Below are positions 1-9,618 of a stretch of DNA of 64,000 bases, in pieces. This DNA comes from a virus (lineage: Duplodnaviria; Caudoviricetes). The first letter of the stretch is position 1. Every line of letters starts with the position of its first letter. A model generated the notes under the pieces. That model made no database searches. It worked only from the letters and a program-made list of their open reading frames with translations, and was not told where the DNA came from. Position numbers and translations under genes: made by a program. The DNA lies in the IMG/VR virus record IMGVR_UViG_3300017766_003100, positions 154,388 to 218,387 of that record, one strand, 5' to 3'.

Positions 1-180
1 TTGTTGGTCAAAAATTGATGTAGCAGTTCCAGCTGTCATTTCATTGACTTGAAGTGGATTTTTATCATAAACGTGTTTGATATCTAAAAGATTAGTTACT
101 GCTGCAGTTCTTAATCTACCAAACGCATCTAAGTTTGGGCTATCTGAGTATTTTATCGAATTATTAAAAATGTATGCCAT
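1..180 (-). CDS. 5' part of a probable virion structural protein (runs off window start)
   Basis: Manual translation from ATG at 180: MAYIFNNSIKYSDSPNLDAFGRLRTAAVTNLLDIKHVYDKNP..., open to the edge. The DAFGRLR motif is familiar from phage structural proteins. 1 nt from the upstream gene. Confidence 0.7.
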   Translation of the reverse strand, partial: MAYIFNNSIKYSDSPNLDAFGRLRTAAVTNLLDIKHVYDKNPLQVNEMTAGTATSIFDQQ

Positions 181-181
181 A

Positions 182-826
182 TTATATTATCCACCAATTA
201 TTATTTCTTGCCACCAATGTAAGTGACATATAGTTTATGTTCATATCAACGTAGGAATTTCCATCAATTGTACCACTTGTTGGGGTTATTCTTATTCTAT
301 AAGAACCAGAATTACCACCTTCGTCTTTTATAGTTACTTTTAATCCATCCAAAGAATTTGGTGAAAACAGAGTTAAATCGACATCCCCCAAATAACTTAT
401 TCCATTATAACTAAAACCTGATGATAAGGTTACTGCGGAGGTAGTAATACCTGTTGTTGCCTCATAGAATGTGACACCAGTAACCGAATCAATTGTTGCG
501 GTAAATGTTGAACCATCACTTTCACCAATTGTAAATGTGTTATTATTATATGTAAAACTCGTAACACTTGTATCTGTAAATCCAGTAACGAAACCTGAAA
601 CTGTAAAAGTCCCACCCGAAGTATTAGTAAATGTAATAGTACCTGTAGTCGCATCATAAGTCCCACCTGATATGTACACTGATTGTACTAAGTCAGTTAC
701 TTGTTGTATTGTTGCCTTAAATGATGACCCAGCTGGATTTTGTGAAGTGTCATTTGGATTTACAATATGAATTAAATCCGTAAATGTCACAGCTGTTGCA
801 GATGTCCTATCGGTAAGAAATGCCAT
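182..826 (-). CDS. Thr/Gly/Ser-rich virion (tail/fibre-like) protein
   Basis: Repeated beta-strand units (SGGTYDATTGTITFTNTSGGTFTVSG; SFTYNNNTFTIGESDGSTFTAT); late-type motif at 841-848. Confidence 0.6.
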   Translation of the reverse strand: MAFLTDRTSATAVTFTDLIHIVNPNDTSQNPAGSSFKATIQQVTDLVQSVYISGGTYDATTGTITFTNTSGGTFTVSGFVTGFTDTSVTSFTYNNNTFTIGESDGSTFTATIDSVTGVTFYEATTGITTSAVTLSSGFSYNGISYLGDVDLTLFSPNSLDGLKVTIKDEGGNSGSYRIRITPTSGTIDGNSYVDMNINYMSLTLVARNNNWWII

Positions 827-840
827 TTAATATTTTATTT

Positions 841-848
841 ATAAATAG
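841..848 (-). promoter_or_regulatory. putative late promoter
   Basis: CTATTTAT upstream of 826. Confidence 0.6.
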
Positions 849-1148
849 TTAGGACATAAAGAAATAACCAACACCATCCATAAAAAAGAAATCCTCTAAA
901 TCCATAAATTCTTTTATATCTTCACTACAATATAATACCTTAAACTTTTCACAACCATCACTTGTTATAACTTTCACACCAATTGCAGGTGCGGAATCAA
1001 ATTGAGGTGGTAAAACCATTAAATTGGTAATGGGTACTGTTGTTGATATATATGCTAATAAAATACATTGATTACCGAATACATCACAAACGTAAACAGT
1101 GTAAGGTGGATTTAATCCCCATATATTACTAAAGGAAAGTAAGTTCAT
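849..1148 (-). CDS. small Cys-containing protein, paralog of 3213-3428
   Basis: PPYTVYVCDVFGNQC and VKVITSDGCE match PFDIYLCDDPLTTC and LKVVDDNNCE. Confidence 0.7.
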   Translation of the reverse strand: MNLLSFSNIWGLNPPYTVYVCDVFGNQCILLAYISTTVPITNLMVLPPQFDSAPAIGVKVITSDGCEKFKVLYCSEDIKEFMDLEDFFFMDGVGYFFMS

Positions 1149-1167
1149 ATTATAACTTTATGTAGTT

Positions 1168-1175
1168 ATAAATAT
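1168..1175 (-). promoter_or_regulatory. putative late promoter
   Basis: ATATTTAT upstream of 1148. Confidence 0.65.
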
Positions 1176-1181
1176 TACGTA

Positions 1182-3209
1182 TTATAAACTACCCAAACAT
1201 GTGGCACAATTATCAAAGAAAGTATTTCCAGTTGATGGGAAAAAACTTCCTGAGATGTATGTAAATGTTGAACCTAAAGGTAAAGTTGGATAAGTTGATG
1301 AGTAGTACATAAACTCCCAACAATAATCATTGGTGATAGTTTTAAATATTGTTCCTGGTGTAAATGTAGGAATAGCCAAAGTTTGAATAATATATTCTGT
1401 TGGATTTCCACATTGTCTGAAAACATAATAACCTATGGCCATAGATGGTGTTGGTGATGGTGTATTTGTTGGTGTTAATGTTGGTGTAACGGTTGGTGTT
1501 GGAGTAGGTGAAACATCAGGTGTACATAATGAACATTCACCTAAATTTGAATAACCTAAAGGTCCATCAATTAAACTTATTTCATCAATACCAATAACAT
1601 CCAAATTATAACCCAAGAAAGAAATACATTTTGAATTTCCATTAACATTTCCTTTAAAAATCATAAATTGGTCAATAGTACCACCTGAAGGTAATGGTAT
1701 TGAATTGGTTGTATAATACATTTCACCAGTATAACAATCTTGGAATTGTTTACTATTCGGACATTTTATTTCTCCATTTACAGTATTAAATGTTACATTA
1801 CCTAATATGTTTATTGGCCTTGTTACATCAGGTGTTGGTGTAGGTGTTGGTGTTAATGTTGCCGTTGGTGTTGGTGTATATCCAGTTATTGTTACATCTA
1901 TAGCTACATCACCACAAGGATTACTAGGTGTTGGTGTTGGTGTACTTGTTGGAGAAGTTGTTATCGTTGGTGTAGGTGTTGGTGTTGGAATATATTCACA
2001 ATCAAAAACTGCGGTAAAGTCTAATACGGAACAATTCACAGTTGGCGTTGGAGTAGGTGTAGGACAAGCTCCACTAAATACATATTCATCACATAAATCA
2101 GGACAAGTTGAAATACAAGGATAAGGTCCTTCTAATAAACAAGTACCATCCAATACTGATGACATACACCAAGTTCCTCCAGTTGTGAAATAAATAACAT
2201 TACCAGTGTTTACCCCTAACCAATATGGTTGGGAATTATGTATACCAGCGTATTTGTAATTGTCATCATAACCCAATCCTGTATCACTAATACAATAATT
2301 AACAATATCGGTTTTATCTATTAGAATACAATATGGTGTACCACTACAAGTATATAATGAATAACCATCAGGACAAGTATATCCAGTTCCAGTTGTTGCC
2401 CCACTTGAAGATAAAGGAACGTCTTGACCAATAAAACTTAATGTTGTAAACAAAGTATCCGCGCTTAATTGTGAATAACTAGTATAACCACTAAGAGTTG
2501 AAACAGAACCACTATATATTTCAGCAACAAAACTCGCAGGACCTGAATCATTCAGGTTCTCCATTTCAATTATGTTCAAACCTGATGAGAAAGTATATGG
2601 GAAAACACTTAAAAATAGTGTTCCATAACCTTGAGCGATTGATGTACCTGGAAATGTTGATATTGTATCATAAATTAAATTACCATTTATTTTAAATCTA
2701 AAATAGTCATCACCTGAAATCGCGATAAAATATGTACCTGAAACTGGTATGTCTAAACAATAGGAAAATCCCACATATTCATCTTGTGGGTCAGGATTGT
2801 TAGTTGTCCATATACCCGCATTATTTAATCTACCTGTAATTGTAGTTCCAGTACCCCAAAGAGAATTTCTTAAACTAGTCGGACCATAGTATGGTGATGT
2901 AGTAAATCCTTGACCACCTGCTTGAATATTTAAAATTCTTCCACTATTATCTACTAAAAATTGAGTATTAAAAAGTAATGTACCATTCTCAGTGAATGCT
3001 GATGTTGTTGACCCAGTATTTGTTATTGGGAATGAAAGATTTGTAATGTCTTCATAAAAAATAACACCATAAGCATTATATGCTGTATTAACACTACCTG
3101 TTGTTGCAGTATAAAAAAATGAACCACCACTTGTTGCTGCGGTTACAGTATATATACAAGCATCAGAATCGATGGTTGGGGTATAACCCGATGGACAAGG
3201 ACAACTCAT
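1182..3209 (-). CDS. 675-aa Cys-rich, Pro/Thr-repeat virion surface or adhesin-like protein with PA14-like segment
   Basis: ISGDDYFRFKING resembles the PA14 core; four (PT)n linkers separate Cys-rich modules. Confidence 0.6.
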   Translation of the reverse strand: MSCPCPSGYTPTIDSDACIYTVTAATSGGSFFYTATTGSVNTAYNAYGVIFYEDITNLSFPITNTGSTTSAFTENGTLLFNTQFLVDNSGRILNIQAGGQGFTTSPYYGPTSLRNSLWGTGTTITGRLNNAGIWTTNNPDPQDEYVGFSYCLDIPVSGTYFIAISGDDYFRFKINGNLIYDTISTFPGTSIAQGYGTLFLSVFPYTFSSGLNIIEMENLNDSGPASFVAEIYSGSVSTLSGYTSYSQLSADTLFTTLSFIGQDVPLSSSGATTGTGYTCPDGYSLYTCSGTPYCILIDKTDIVNYCISDTGLGYDDNYKYAGIHNSQPYWLGVNTGNVIYFTTGGTWCMSSVLDGTCLLEGPYPCISTCPDLCDEYVFSGACPTPTPTPTVNCSVLDFTAVFDCEYIPTPTPTPTITTSPTSTPTPTPSNPCGDVAIDVTITGYTPTPTATLTPTPTPTPDVTRPINILGNVTFNTVNGEIKCPNSKQFQDCYTGEMYYTTNSIPLPSGGTIDQFMIFKGNVNGNSKCISFLGYNLDVIGIDEISLIDGPLGYSNLGECSLCTPDVSPTPTPTVTPTLTPTNTPSPTPSMAIGYYVFRQCGNPTEYIIQTLAIPTFTPGTIFKTITNDYCWEFMYYSSTYPTLPLGSTFTYISGSFFPSTGNTFFDNCATCLGSL
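1441..2060 (-). repeat. Pro-Thr (PTPT) linker repeats within 675-aa ORF
   Basis: Plus strand shows runs of ggtgttggtgt/ggagtaggtg at about 1441-1512, 1830-1878, 1925-1988 and 2040-2062. Confidence 0.85.
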
Positions 3210-3212
3210 TTC

Positions 3213-3428
3213 TTAAACTACTAAATTAGAGATTATTTCACAATTATTATCATCAACAACTTTTAAATTATAAGATAATTGACCATCCAAAATTGATGGA
3301 ACATCAAATGAATATGTACCACCTGTTATGGTATCTACATATACACAAGTAGTTAAGGGGTCATCACATAGATAAATGTCGAAAGGTGTTGAACCTGAAA
3401 CTCCATTTATAGTTATTGTTGTTGGCAT
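3213..3428 (-). CDS. small Cys-containing protein, paralog of 849-1148
   Basis: Shared P-[YF]-x-[VI]-Y-x-C-D...C motif; late-type motif at 3447-3454. Confidence 0.7.
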   Translation of the reverse strand: MPTTITINGVSGSTPFDIYLCDDPLTTCVYVDTITGGTYSFDVPSILDGQLSYNLKVVDDNNCEIISNLVV

Positions 3429-3446
3429 TTGACAAAATTGTTTTTA

Positions 3447-3454
3447 ATAAATAT
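3447..3454 (-). promoter_or_regulatory. putative late promoter
   Basis: ATATTTAT upstream of 3428. Confidence 0.65.
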
Positions 3455-3472
3455 ATTAGGTAAGAAAACTTT

Positions 3473-4384
3473 GTGAATATTATGTCTGACGATAATGAAA
3501 TAATCGTAGAATTACTACGTGATATATTTGGGGATGAAAAACAACATTATGAATCTAAAGGCCAAATTAGTCATAATTGCCCCCTTTGTGATGAGGGGAG
3601 GAAAAAAGGAAATTTGGAGATAAATTATTTCCAACATCTATTTCATTGTTGGAGCTGTGGTGATACAAATGATATGCACGGCTCACTTCATAAGTTAATT
3701 AAAAAATATGGTAAAAAATCACACCTTAAAACTTATTCTGTACTAGCACCAGAAGAAAACCTACCCAAAGAAAAGAAAAAAGTTAACAAACTTGAACTAC
3801 CGAGTTTTTATCGGAAGTTCAATGAGGTCTCATCAATATACCCAGTAAGAAGACAAGCATATAATTATTTAATGAATAGGGGTATTACCGATGAAATAAT
3901 TGAAAGATATGGAATTGGGTTTTGTGATAATGGTAGTCACGCTGGTAGAATAATAATTCCATCTTATGATAAAAATAACAAATTAAATTACTATATTGCC
4001 AGAAGTTGGGATTTACATACAAAAGCAAAATATAAAAACCCTGAAGCTGAAAAAGATAAGATTATTTTCTTTGAAAGTTTGATTGATTGGAATAAAGATA
4101 TTACTCTAGTTGAAGGAGCATTTGATTCCATATTCATCCCAAATAGTATTCCAATGTTGGGGAAACATATGAGTTCATTATTGTTTGATACCTTATATGA
4201 AAAGGCCAACAACAATATAACAATCGCCTTGGATGGTGATGCTTGGGACAATGCGGTTAAATTGTATCATGAGTTAAATGGTGGGAATTTATATGGAAAA
4301 ATTAAAATAGTAAAACTACCTTTGGATAAGGATATTGCCGATTTGAGGGGACAAATAAATGAATATTATATTGAAATAAAATGA
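3473..4384 (+). CDS. dnaG: DNA primase (Zn finger + TOPRIM); start may be ATG 3482
   Basis: CPLC...HCWSC zinc finger; LVEGAFD and LDGDA TOPRIM motifs. Confidence 0.9.
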   Translation: MNIMSDDNEIIVELLRDIFGDEKQHYESKGQISHNCPLCDEGRKKGNLEINYFQHLFHCWSCGDTNDMHGSLHKLIKKYGKKSHLKTYSVLAPEENLPKEKKKVNKLELPSFYRKFNEVSSIYPVRRQAYNYLMNRGITDEIIERYGIGFCDNGSHAGRIIIPSYDKNNKLNYYIARSWDLHTKAKYKNPEAEKDKIIFFESLIDWNKDITLVEGAFDSIFIPNSIPMLGKHMSSLLFDTLYEKANNNITIALDGDAWDNAVKLYHELNGGNLYGKIKIVKLPLDKDIADLRGQINEYYIEIK

Positions 4385-5229
4385 CAGATTTATATAAAGT
4401 AAGAGATGAAATACTAGAAATAGTTAAAAAAAGACAACAAGAATTACAATTAACTTTTGAAGAAGAAAAACACCAATACACAATGTTGGATAATAATTCT
4501 GTATTGAAAGATGATTGGTATTCTGTATCAAAAATAATAAAAAAGTATTATGATGAATTTCCAGCTGAAGAAGTTGCGTTAAAGAAAGCCAAAGGTGATA
4601 TTGAAGAACAACAAAAATTGTTAAAAGAATGGGCTGGAGCTGGAACATACTCAACTAACTTAGGTAGTAGAACCCACTTTTTATTGGAACAAAAATCCCT
4701 TGATATGTTTAATATTAAGAAAGAGGTTAGACAACCAATTTTTGATTGCGATTTTGAACAAATATTAAAGAGTGATAGAATGGTCAGTGCTGGGATTAAA
4801 TGTTTGGAATTGATGAAAGAACGAGGTGCTGTATTATTAGATACGGAAATGGTATTAGGTGATAATGAATTATGTTATGTAGGACAACCAGATAAAATGT
4901 GGTTAATTGAGAATAAGGAAAAGAGTCAAATTGGGATATTTTGTACAGATTGGAAAACCAATAAGGTTAAGAACTTTGAATCCAATCATTTTACAAAACC
5001 GATGAAATACCCCTTCAATAAATTACCCAATAATGCTTTAGGTCACTATTATGTTCAATTACCATTATATTTAAGATTATTATTTAAAATGTTGGAAGGA
5101 AGTAAGTATGAAAAAATTGGACTTTTTGGAGCAATTATAGTATTGTTGAAAGAAGATGGGACATTTGAAGAGTTTAGAATTCCTATGAATGTAATTACTC
5201 AAGTTTTTAATTTAAAATTAGATTTATGA
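4381..5229 (+). CDS. PD-(D/E)XK exonuclease-like protein
   Basis: GQPDKMW...TDWKTNK catalytic motifs and HYYVQL helix; coupled to primase by an ATGA overlap. Confidence 0.8.
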   Translation: MTDLYKVRDEILEIVKKRQQELQLTFEEEKHQYTMLDNNSVLKDDWYSVSKIIKKYYDEFPAEEVALKKAKGDIEEQQKLLKEWAGAGTYSTNLGSRTHFLLEQKSLDMFNIKKEVRQPIFDCDFEQILKSDRMVSAGIKCLELMKERGAVLLDTEMVLGDNELCYVGQPDKMWLIENKEKSQIGIFCTDWKTNKVKNFESNHFTKPMKYPFNKLPNNALGHYYVQLPLYLRLLFKMLEGSKYEKIGLFGAIIVLLKEDGTFEEFRIPMNVITQVFNLKLDL

Positions 5230-5438
5230 CACCACTACAAGAATTATTAAATTGGGTTGACCAAGAACTAAGATTAGATGGTTATGAACATAAAGAAATT
5301 ATGTTGAAAATACTGGAACTGAAAGAGAAGGAAGAAAGAATGGTTGTTGATGCTTGGCAAGATGGAAAATTATCTGAAATTGGATATTCTGATACATTAA
5401 ACGGAAATGATTTTTATAACAATTTAAATAAAAAATAA
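5226..5438 (+). CDS. small hypothetical protein (family with 7477 and 7882)
   Basis: KEKEERMVVDAWQDG...DFYN aligns with paralogs. Confidence 0.7.
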   Translation: MTPLQELLNWVDQELRLDGYEHKEIMLKILELKEKEERMVVDAWQDGKLSEIGYSDTLNGNDFYNNLNKK

Positions 5439-5630
5439 ATGGACTTAGTAATCACCAAAAACACAAAAACAAATCACAACAAACCTGATACGGATGAGTA
5501 TTTAATAGAAACTTTAAGAACGAGAAAGAAATACTATTTTATTTATGATGGTATAAAGTTCGTATCTGACAAAGAAATAATTGGTGTTGAACCAAAAACA
5601 TACAAATTAATTTATAAAAACAATAACTAA
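5439..5630 (+). CDS. hypothetical protein
   Basis: Abutting ORF in a co-directional run. Confidence 0.55.
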   Translation: MDLVITKNTKTNHNKPDTDEYLIETLRTRKKYYFIYDGIKFVSDKEIIGVEPKTYKLIYKNNN

Positions 5631-5634
5631 AAAA

Positions 5635-5907
5635 ATGGAAAACCAAAAATTAGAATCAGTTGAAGTCTCAGTCTATGAATCTTATACTGCCTACACAAGA
5701 AAAAAACCATTGATAATTAATATCGTGGATTACCCTGAATTAGAAGGAATGAATGAAGATGAAATCCAAGAATACATTCTTGAAAATGGTAATAGTATGA
5801 AACCTATAAACAATGATGTTTATGAAAATTTATTAGATGAACTAACAAACCAAGATATAGATTGGGATAAATATGATAATGAAGATTTTAATATAATTGT
5901 AGAATAA
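5635..5907 (+). CDS. acidic hypothetical protein
   Basis: ORF track; fills gap in operon. Confidence 0.65.
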   Translation: MENQKLESVEVSVYESYTAYTRKKPLIINIVDYPELEGMNEDEIQEYILENGNSMKPINNDVYENLLDELTNQDIDWDKYDNEDFNIIVE

Positions 5908-5908
5908 T

Positions 5909-6154
5909 ATGGATAATTTATTTAATGAAAAACCAAATATTGATTTGAAAAAACAACCTACAGTAAGTTGTGAAAAATGTGGGTCAATATATTTCAAAGA
6001 AGTTACATTGATAAAAAAAGTATCAAAATTGTTACTTGGTACTCCTAATGATACTATGGTACCATTCCCAACATATATGTGTAATGATTGTGGACACGTA
6101 AATGATGACTTTAGATTATTTGATGAAGATAATAAAACAAATTTAATATCGTGA
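5909..6154 (+). CDS. Zn-ribbon protein
   Basis: CEKC and CNDC pairs. Confidence 0.75.
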   Translation: MDNLFNEKPNIDLKKQPTVSCEKCGSIYFKEVTLIKKVSKLLLGTPNDTMVPFPTYMCNDCGHVNDDFRLFDEDNKTNLIS

Positions 6155-6927
6155 TAAAAACTTTAGTACACTTCTCAGATTTACATTTGAGATTAATAAA
6201 AGACCACGATTTATACAAATCAATATTGATTGATATGTTTAATCAATTCAAAGATATTAAACCTGATAGAATTGTCTTCAGCGGGGATTTAGTCCATAGT
6301 AAAAACCAAGTCAGTCCAGAACTTATTGAAATGGTTAGATGGACATTAGATGAATGTTCCAAGATTGCAAAAACAATCATCATTGTTGGAAATCACGATA
6401 TGCTTGAAAACAATTTATCAAGATTGGATACATTAACCCCCATCATTGAATCAATGAATAATGATAACATTGTCTATTATAAAGATAGAGGTGTTTATAC
6501 TGATGAGAATATTGATTGGGTTGTATATTCTTTATTTGAACACAATATTCCCCCAACAATTGAGAAATCTAATAACCTTAAAATTGGATTGTTTCACGGA
6601 CCTATTATAGGGTTATATACAGACATTGGATATAAGTTTGAGACAGGATATGAGGTGAGTAAATTTGAGGGATGTGATATCGTTCTATGCGGAGATATAC
6701 ACAAGCGTCAAATTATTTATTTGGATAAAACTCCAATAATTCAAGTAGGCTCAACAATCCAACAGAACTATGGGGAGTCAATTAAGAAACACGGATTTGG
6801 AATTTATAATGTGGTTAAGGATGAATATTCATTTGTTGATTTGGATAATCCAAAACCTTTTCTTAAATTTGCAATAAATTCATTTGAAGATATAATTGAT
6901 GGAAAAGAAAAACTCACTAACGCTTAA
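6151..6927 (+). CDS. sbcD: SbcD/Mre11/gp47-like metallophosphoesterase nuclease (catalytic domain only)
   Basis: SDLH, SGDLVH, GNHD, FHG and GDIH motifs; QQNYGES. Confidence 0.9.
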   Translation: MIKTLVHFSDLHLRLIKDHDLYKSILIDMFNQFKDIKPDRIVFSGDLVHSKNQVSPELIEMVRWTLDECSKIAKTIIIVGNHDMLENNLSRLDTLTPIIESMNNDNIVYYKDRGVYTDENIDWVVYSLFEHNIPPTIEKSNNLKIGLFHGPIIGLYTDIGYKFETGYEVSKFEGCDIVLCGDIHKRQIIYLDKTPIIQVGSTIQQNYGESIKKHGFGIYNVVKDEYSFVDLDNPKPFLKFAINSFEDIIDGKEKLTNA

Positions 6928-7480
6928 CAAACAAACTCAAAAAGATTTAACTGATTATTGTAAGTTAAACAATATTGAAGATGTTGAGATATTTTTCCAA
7001 CAATGTTTCAAACAAGGATTTGATATAAAAAAATATGGATTAATAGGAGAAAATAATGAGAGAGTTATCGAATACATTGAAAAGGAAGTTCCGATTGAGG
7101 TTATCAAATATGTTGAGAAGGAGATTATCAAGGAAGTCCCCATCGAGATTATTAAAGAGATTGAAAAGGAAGTCATTGTTGAGGTAATAAAAGAAGTCCC
7201 AATTGAGTCGAAAATTTTTGTACCAAATGAGGTTATAGTAGAAAAAATTGTGCAAGTTCCAGTTGAAGTTGAGAAGATAGTGGAAAAAATTGTACAAGTT
7301 GAAAAACCAAATGATAAGATGGGAATGCTACAAGAGACATTGATGAAACTAAGAAAAGAGATTGGGGAGAAAGATAAAACAATAACTGAATTAAATAACA
7401 AGATTGAACAACTTGAAAAATTGTTATCCAATACTGGTGCTGTATTTATGAAGGGTTCAAATTTATTAAATAACTTATGA
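6896..7480 (+). CDS. E/V/I/K-P repeat protein with C-terminal coiled coil
   Basis: Repeats such as KEVPIEVIKYVEKEIIKEVP and EKIVQVPVEVEKIVEK. Confidence 0.75.
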   Translation: MMEKKNSLTLNKQTQKDLTDYCKLNNIEDVEIFFQQCFKQGFDIKKYGLIGENNERVIEYIEKEVPIEVIKYVEKEIIKEVPIEIIKEIEKEVIVEVIKEVPIESKIFVPNEVIVEKIVQVPVEVEKIVEKIVQVEKPNDKMGMLQETLMKLRKEIGEKDKTITELNNKIEQLEKLLSNTGAVFMKGSNLLNNL

Positions 7481-7695
7481 CAGCAGTAGAATGGTTAGCA
7501 AATGAAATTGATGGTTTAGATACAGCCATATCTTATGATTTTTTTCAAAAAAAAGTACAACAAGCCAACGAACTTTTTGAGCACCAGATAAAAGATGCTT
7601 GGAAAGATGGAGCTTATGGTGGTGGACAATTTACAACTACATTTGATAATGCAGAACAATACTACAATGAAACCTATAAAAACGAAACAAAATGA
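7477..7695 (+). CDS. small hypothetical protein, MTAVEW family
   Basis: MTAVEWL...QQANELFEHQIKDAWKDG...EQYYNETYK. Confidence 0.75.
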   Translation: MTAVEWLANEIDGLDTAISYDFFQKKVQQANELFEHQIKDAWKDGAYGGGQFTTTFDNAEQYYNETYKNETK

Positions 7696-7862
7696 CATTG
7701 GAAGAAATAAAAAATAGAATGGAATACTTAGACGATATATTTTCAGATATTGGTAGGTGTGGCTATACTGATGATGAAATTGAAACTCAACAAGCTGAAA
7801 TAGCTGAAGAGTGGTTAAAGTTAAATGAAATGAAAAAGAATCTTGAAAGTCAAATTAAGTAA
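7692..7862 (+). CDS. 56-aa hypothetical protein (not in ORF track)
   Basis: MTLEEIKNRMEYLDD...ESQIK*; ATGA overlap with previous gene. Confidence 0.6.
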   Translation: MTLEEIKNRMEYLDDIFSDIGRCGYTDDEIETQQAEIAEEWLKLNEMKKNLESQIK

Positions 7863-7881
7863 TAATAACATAGAAAATAAA

Positions 7882-8106
7882 ATGACAGCAGTAGAATTTT
7901 TAATTAAGCAGATATTTAGCGAAGAAGATAAATCATTTTTAGAGTTTTACAATGGTGAAATTCAACGAGCTAATAAACTTTTTGAACAACAAATTAATGA
8001 TGCTTTTAATGCAGGAGTAAATAGTGAAGATTATTATTATCCTAATTCAATGTTTACAGAAAGTGAAACCTATTACAATGAAACCTATAAAGAAGATAAC
8101 TTATAA
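7882..8106 (+). CDS. small hypothetical protein, MTAVEF family (start revised)
   Basis: MTAVEFL...QRANKLFEQQINDAFNAG...ETYYNETYK, a paralog of 7477. Confidence 0.75.
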   Translation: MTAVEFLIKQIFSEEDKSFLEFYNGEIQRANKLFEQQINDAFNAGVNSEDYYYPNSMFTESETYYNETYKEDNL

Positions 8107-8113
8107 TATTTAT
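8106..8113 (+). promoter_or_regulatory. putative late promoter
   Basis: ATATTTAT upstream of 8126. Confidence 0.65.
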
Positions 8114-8125
8114 TGAAAAAATATT

Positions 8126-8629
8126 ATGAAAAAAATTGTAAGATTAACTGAATCAAATTTAATTAGATTGATAAAAAGAGTAGTTAATGAAAACGAAGAA
8201 AGTTTAAGAACTAAAATAAGTAAAGAGAGGCAAGGAATTGGTAATTTTGATAAAACTAAGGACTATAAAATTAAAGTTCTAAAAAGATTTCCTAAATATT
8301 TGATTGATATTCATGATACTGCAGTTAATTATTGGGAAGATACTTTAGAGTCTTTTCCGTACACAAAAGAAGAATTAGATAAAGATAAACAGATTTACTC
8401 AACTCAAGAATATGTATCTAAATCTTTTATAGATAGTATTACAGATAAAATATATGAAAAATCAGATATAATATTATGTGAAGATAAACAAGGTAAACTT
8501 TGGTTGTTAGATGGACATCATAGATTAGTTTATGATAGAATGAATAACCGAAATTCTAAAGTTTATATTATACCTTTTGAAGATGTTGTTGAAATACAAG
8601 ACACTTTCTATTCTGGAGGAGATGATTAA
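8126..8629 (+). CDS. ParB/Srx-like domain protein with N-terminal tag
   Basis: LWLLDGHHRL motif; begins MKKIVRLTESNLIRLIKRVVNE. Confidence 0.7.
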   Translation: MKKIVRLTESNLIRLIKRVVNENEESLRTKISKERQGIGNFDKTKDYKIKVLKRFPKYLIDIHDTAVNYWEDTLESFPYTKEELDKDKQIYSTQEYVSKSFIDSITDKIYEKSDIILCEDKQGKLWLLDGHHRLVYDRMNNRNSKVYIIPFEDVVEIQDTFYSGGDD

Positions 8630-8650
8630 AAAACAATAAAAATTAATAAT

Positions 8651-8869
8651 ATGGCAGATAGAAGAAGTACAGAAATATTTGAAAGAATATTCGAAGTGTT
8701 GGCAAACAATCCAGTTCAAGAAAACATTGATATTGCCAATGAAATGTGGTCAATGATTGGTGATTATGATATTCCACTCAGTAATTTGGAATATGAAAAT
8801 CTAATAACACTTGGTTTGGCGAGTGTTGATGAAGATGGTGAAATAAAATATAAAGAAGTTTCATATTAA
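8651..8869 (+). CDS. hypothetical protein
   Basis: ORF track. Confidence 0.6.
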   Translation: MADRRSTEIFERIFEVLANNPVQENIDIANEMWSMIGDYDIPLSNLEYENLITLGLASVDEDGEIKYKEVSY

Positions 8870-8870
8870 C

Positions 8871-8878
8871 ATATTTAT
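8871..8878 (+). promoter_or_regulatory. putative late promoter
   Basis: ATATTTAT upstream of 8891. Confidence 0.65.
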
Positions 8879-8890
8879 AGTTAAAAACAT

Positions 8891-9265
8891 ATGGAAAAGT
8901 TAATAAGAAGAATCTTAAAAGAAATTAGAGAAGAAAATCCCCATCATCAACTTAAAAAGTTTTTGGAAGATAGGATTAGTTTTGAAGGTTATGATTTGGA
9001 TAAAAATCCACGTAACAAAATTAGTCAATTATATGATGTTTTTGAAGATGAATATGGTTGGGCTATCAAAAGAATGGGTGAAAGAAAAGCTATAATTGAA
9101 TGGTTACAAGGATTACCAAGTACAATTGATATTCCTTATTATTATGATGAAATCAGTAATTTATTGTATGCTTTAGGTTTTGATGAGGTCAAAGAAATGG
9201 AAGATGATGAAGTTAGTGAATTTTATTATGATTTAATTGCAAAAACTATTCTAAAAAACAAGTAA
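8891..9265 (+). CDS. tagged hypothetical protein
   Basis: MEKLIRRILKEIREE start; late-type motif at 8871. Confidence 0.7.
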   Translation: MEKLIRRILKEIREENPHHQLKKFLEDRISFEGYDLDKNPRNKISQLYDVFEDEYGWAIKRMGERKAIIEWLQGLPSTIDIPYYYDEISNLLYALGFDEVKEMEDDEVSEFYYDLIAKTILKNK

Positions 9266-9319
9266 ATTAATTAACATTTAACTTTTACAAAGTCCCACTA
9301 TTTTTAACTAAAAAAGATA

Positions 9320-9616
9320 GTGGGATTTGTTTACTTTGTCAAAGACAATTCTGACCAAGTTAAAATAGGGTACACAAAAAGAGATGTACAAAAGAGGGTA
9401 AAAGAGTTGAATTCACCAAATTTAAGTGTTATTCTTGAATTTGAGTCAAAGTACCCCACCCAACTAGAAAAAGCCTTACATTTTAGATTCAAACAACATA
9501 ATATTGAGAGGGAGTGGTTTAATTTAACTGACTTCACTATTGATGATTTGAAAAATATTTGTCATATTTTGGATGAAGGAATTTGTATAATAAATGATAA
9601 AACAAAAATAATTTAA
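9320..9616 (+). CDS. GIY-YIG superfamily (T5orf172/MUG113-like) protein
   Basis: FVYFV...VKIGYTK..V.KRVKELN...LEKALH.RF...NI.REWF. Confidence 0.8.
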   Translation: MGFVYFVKDNSDQVKIGYTKRDVQKRVKELNSPNLSVILEFESKYPTQLEKALHFRFKQHNIEREWFNLTDFTIDDLKNICHILDEGICIINDKTKII

Positions 9617-9618
9617 CA

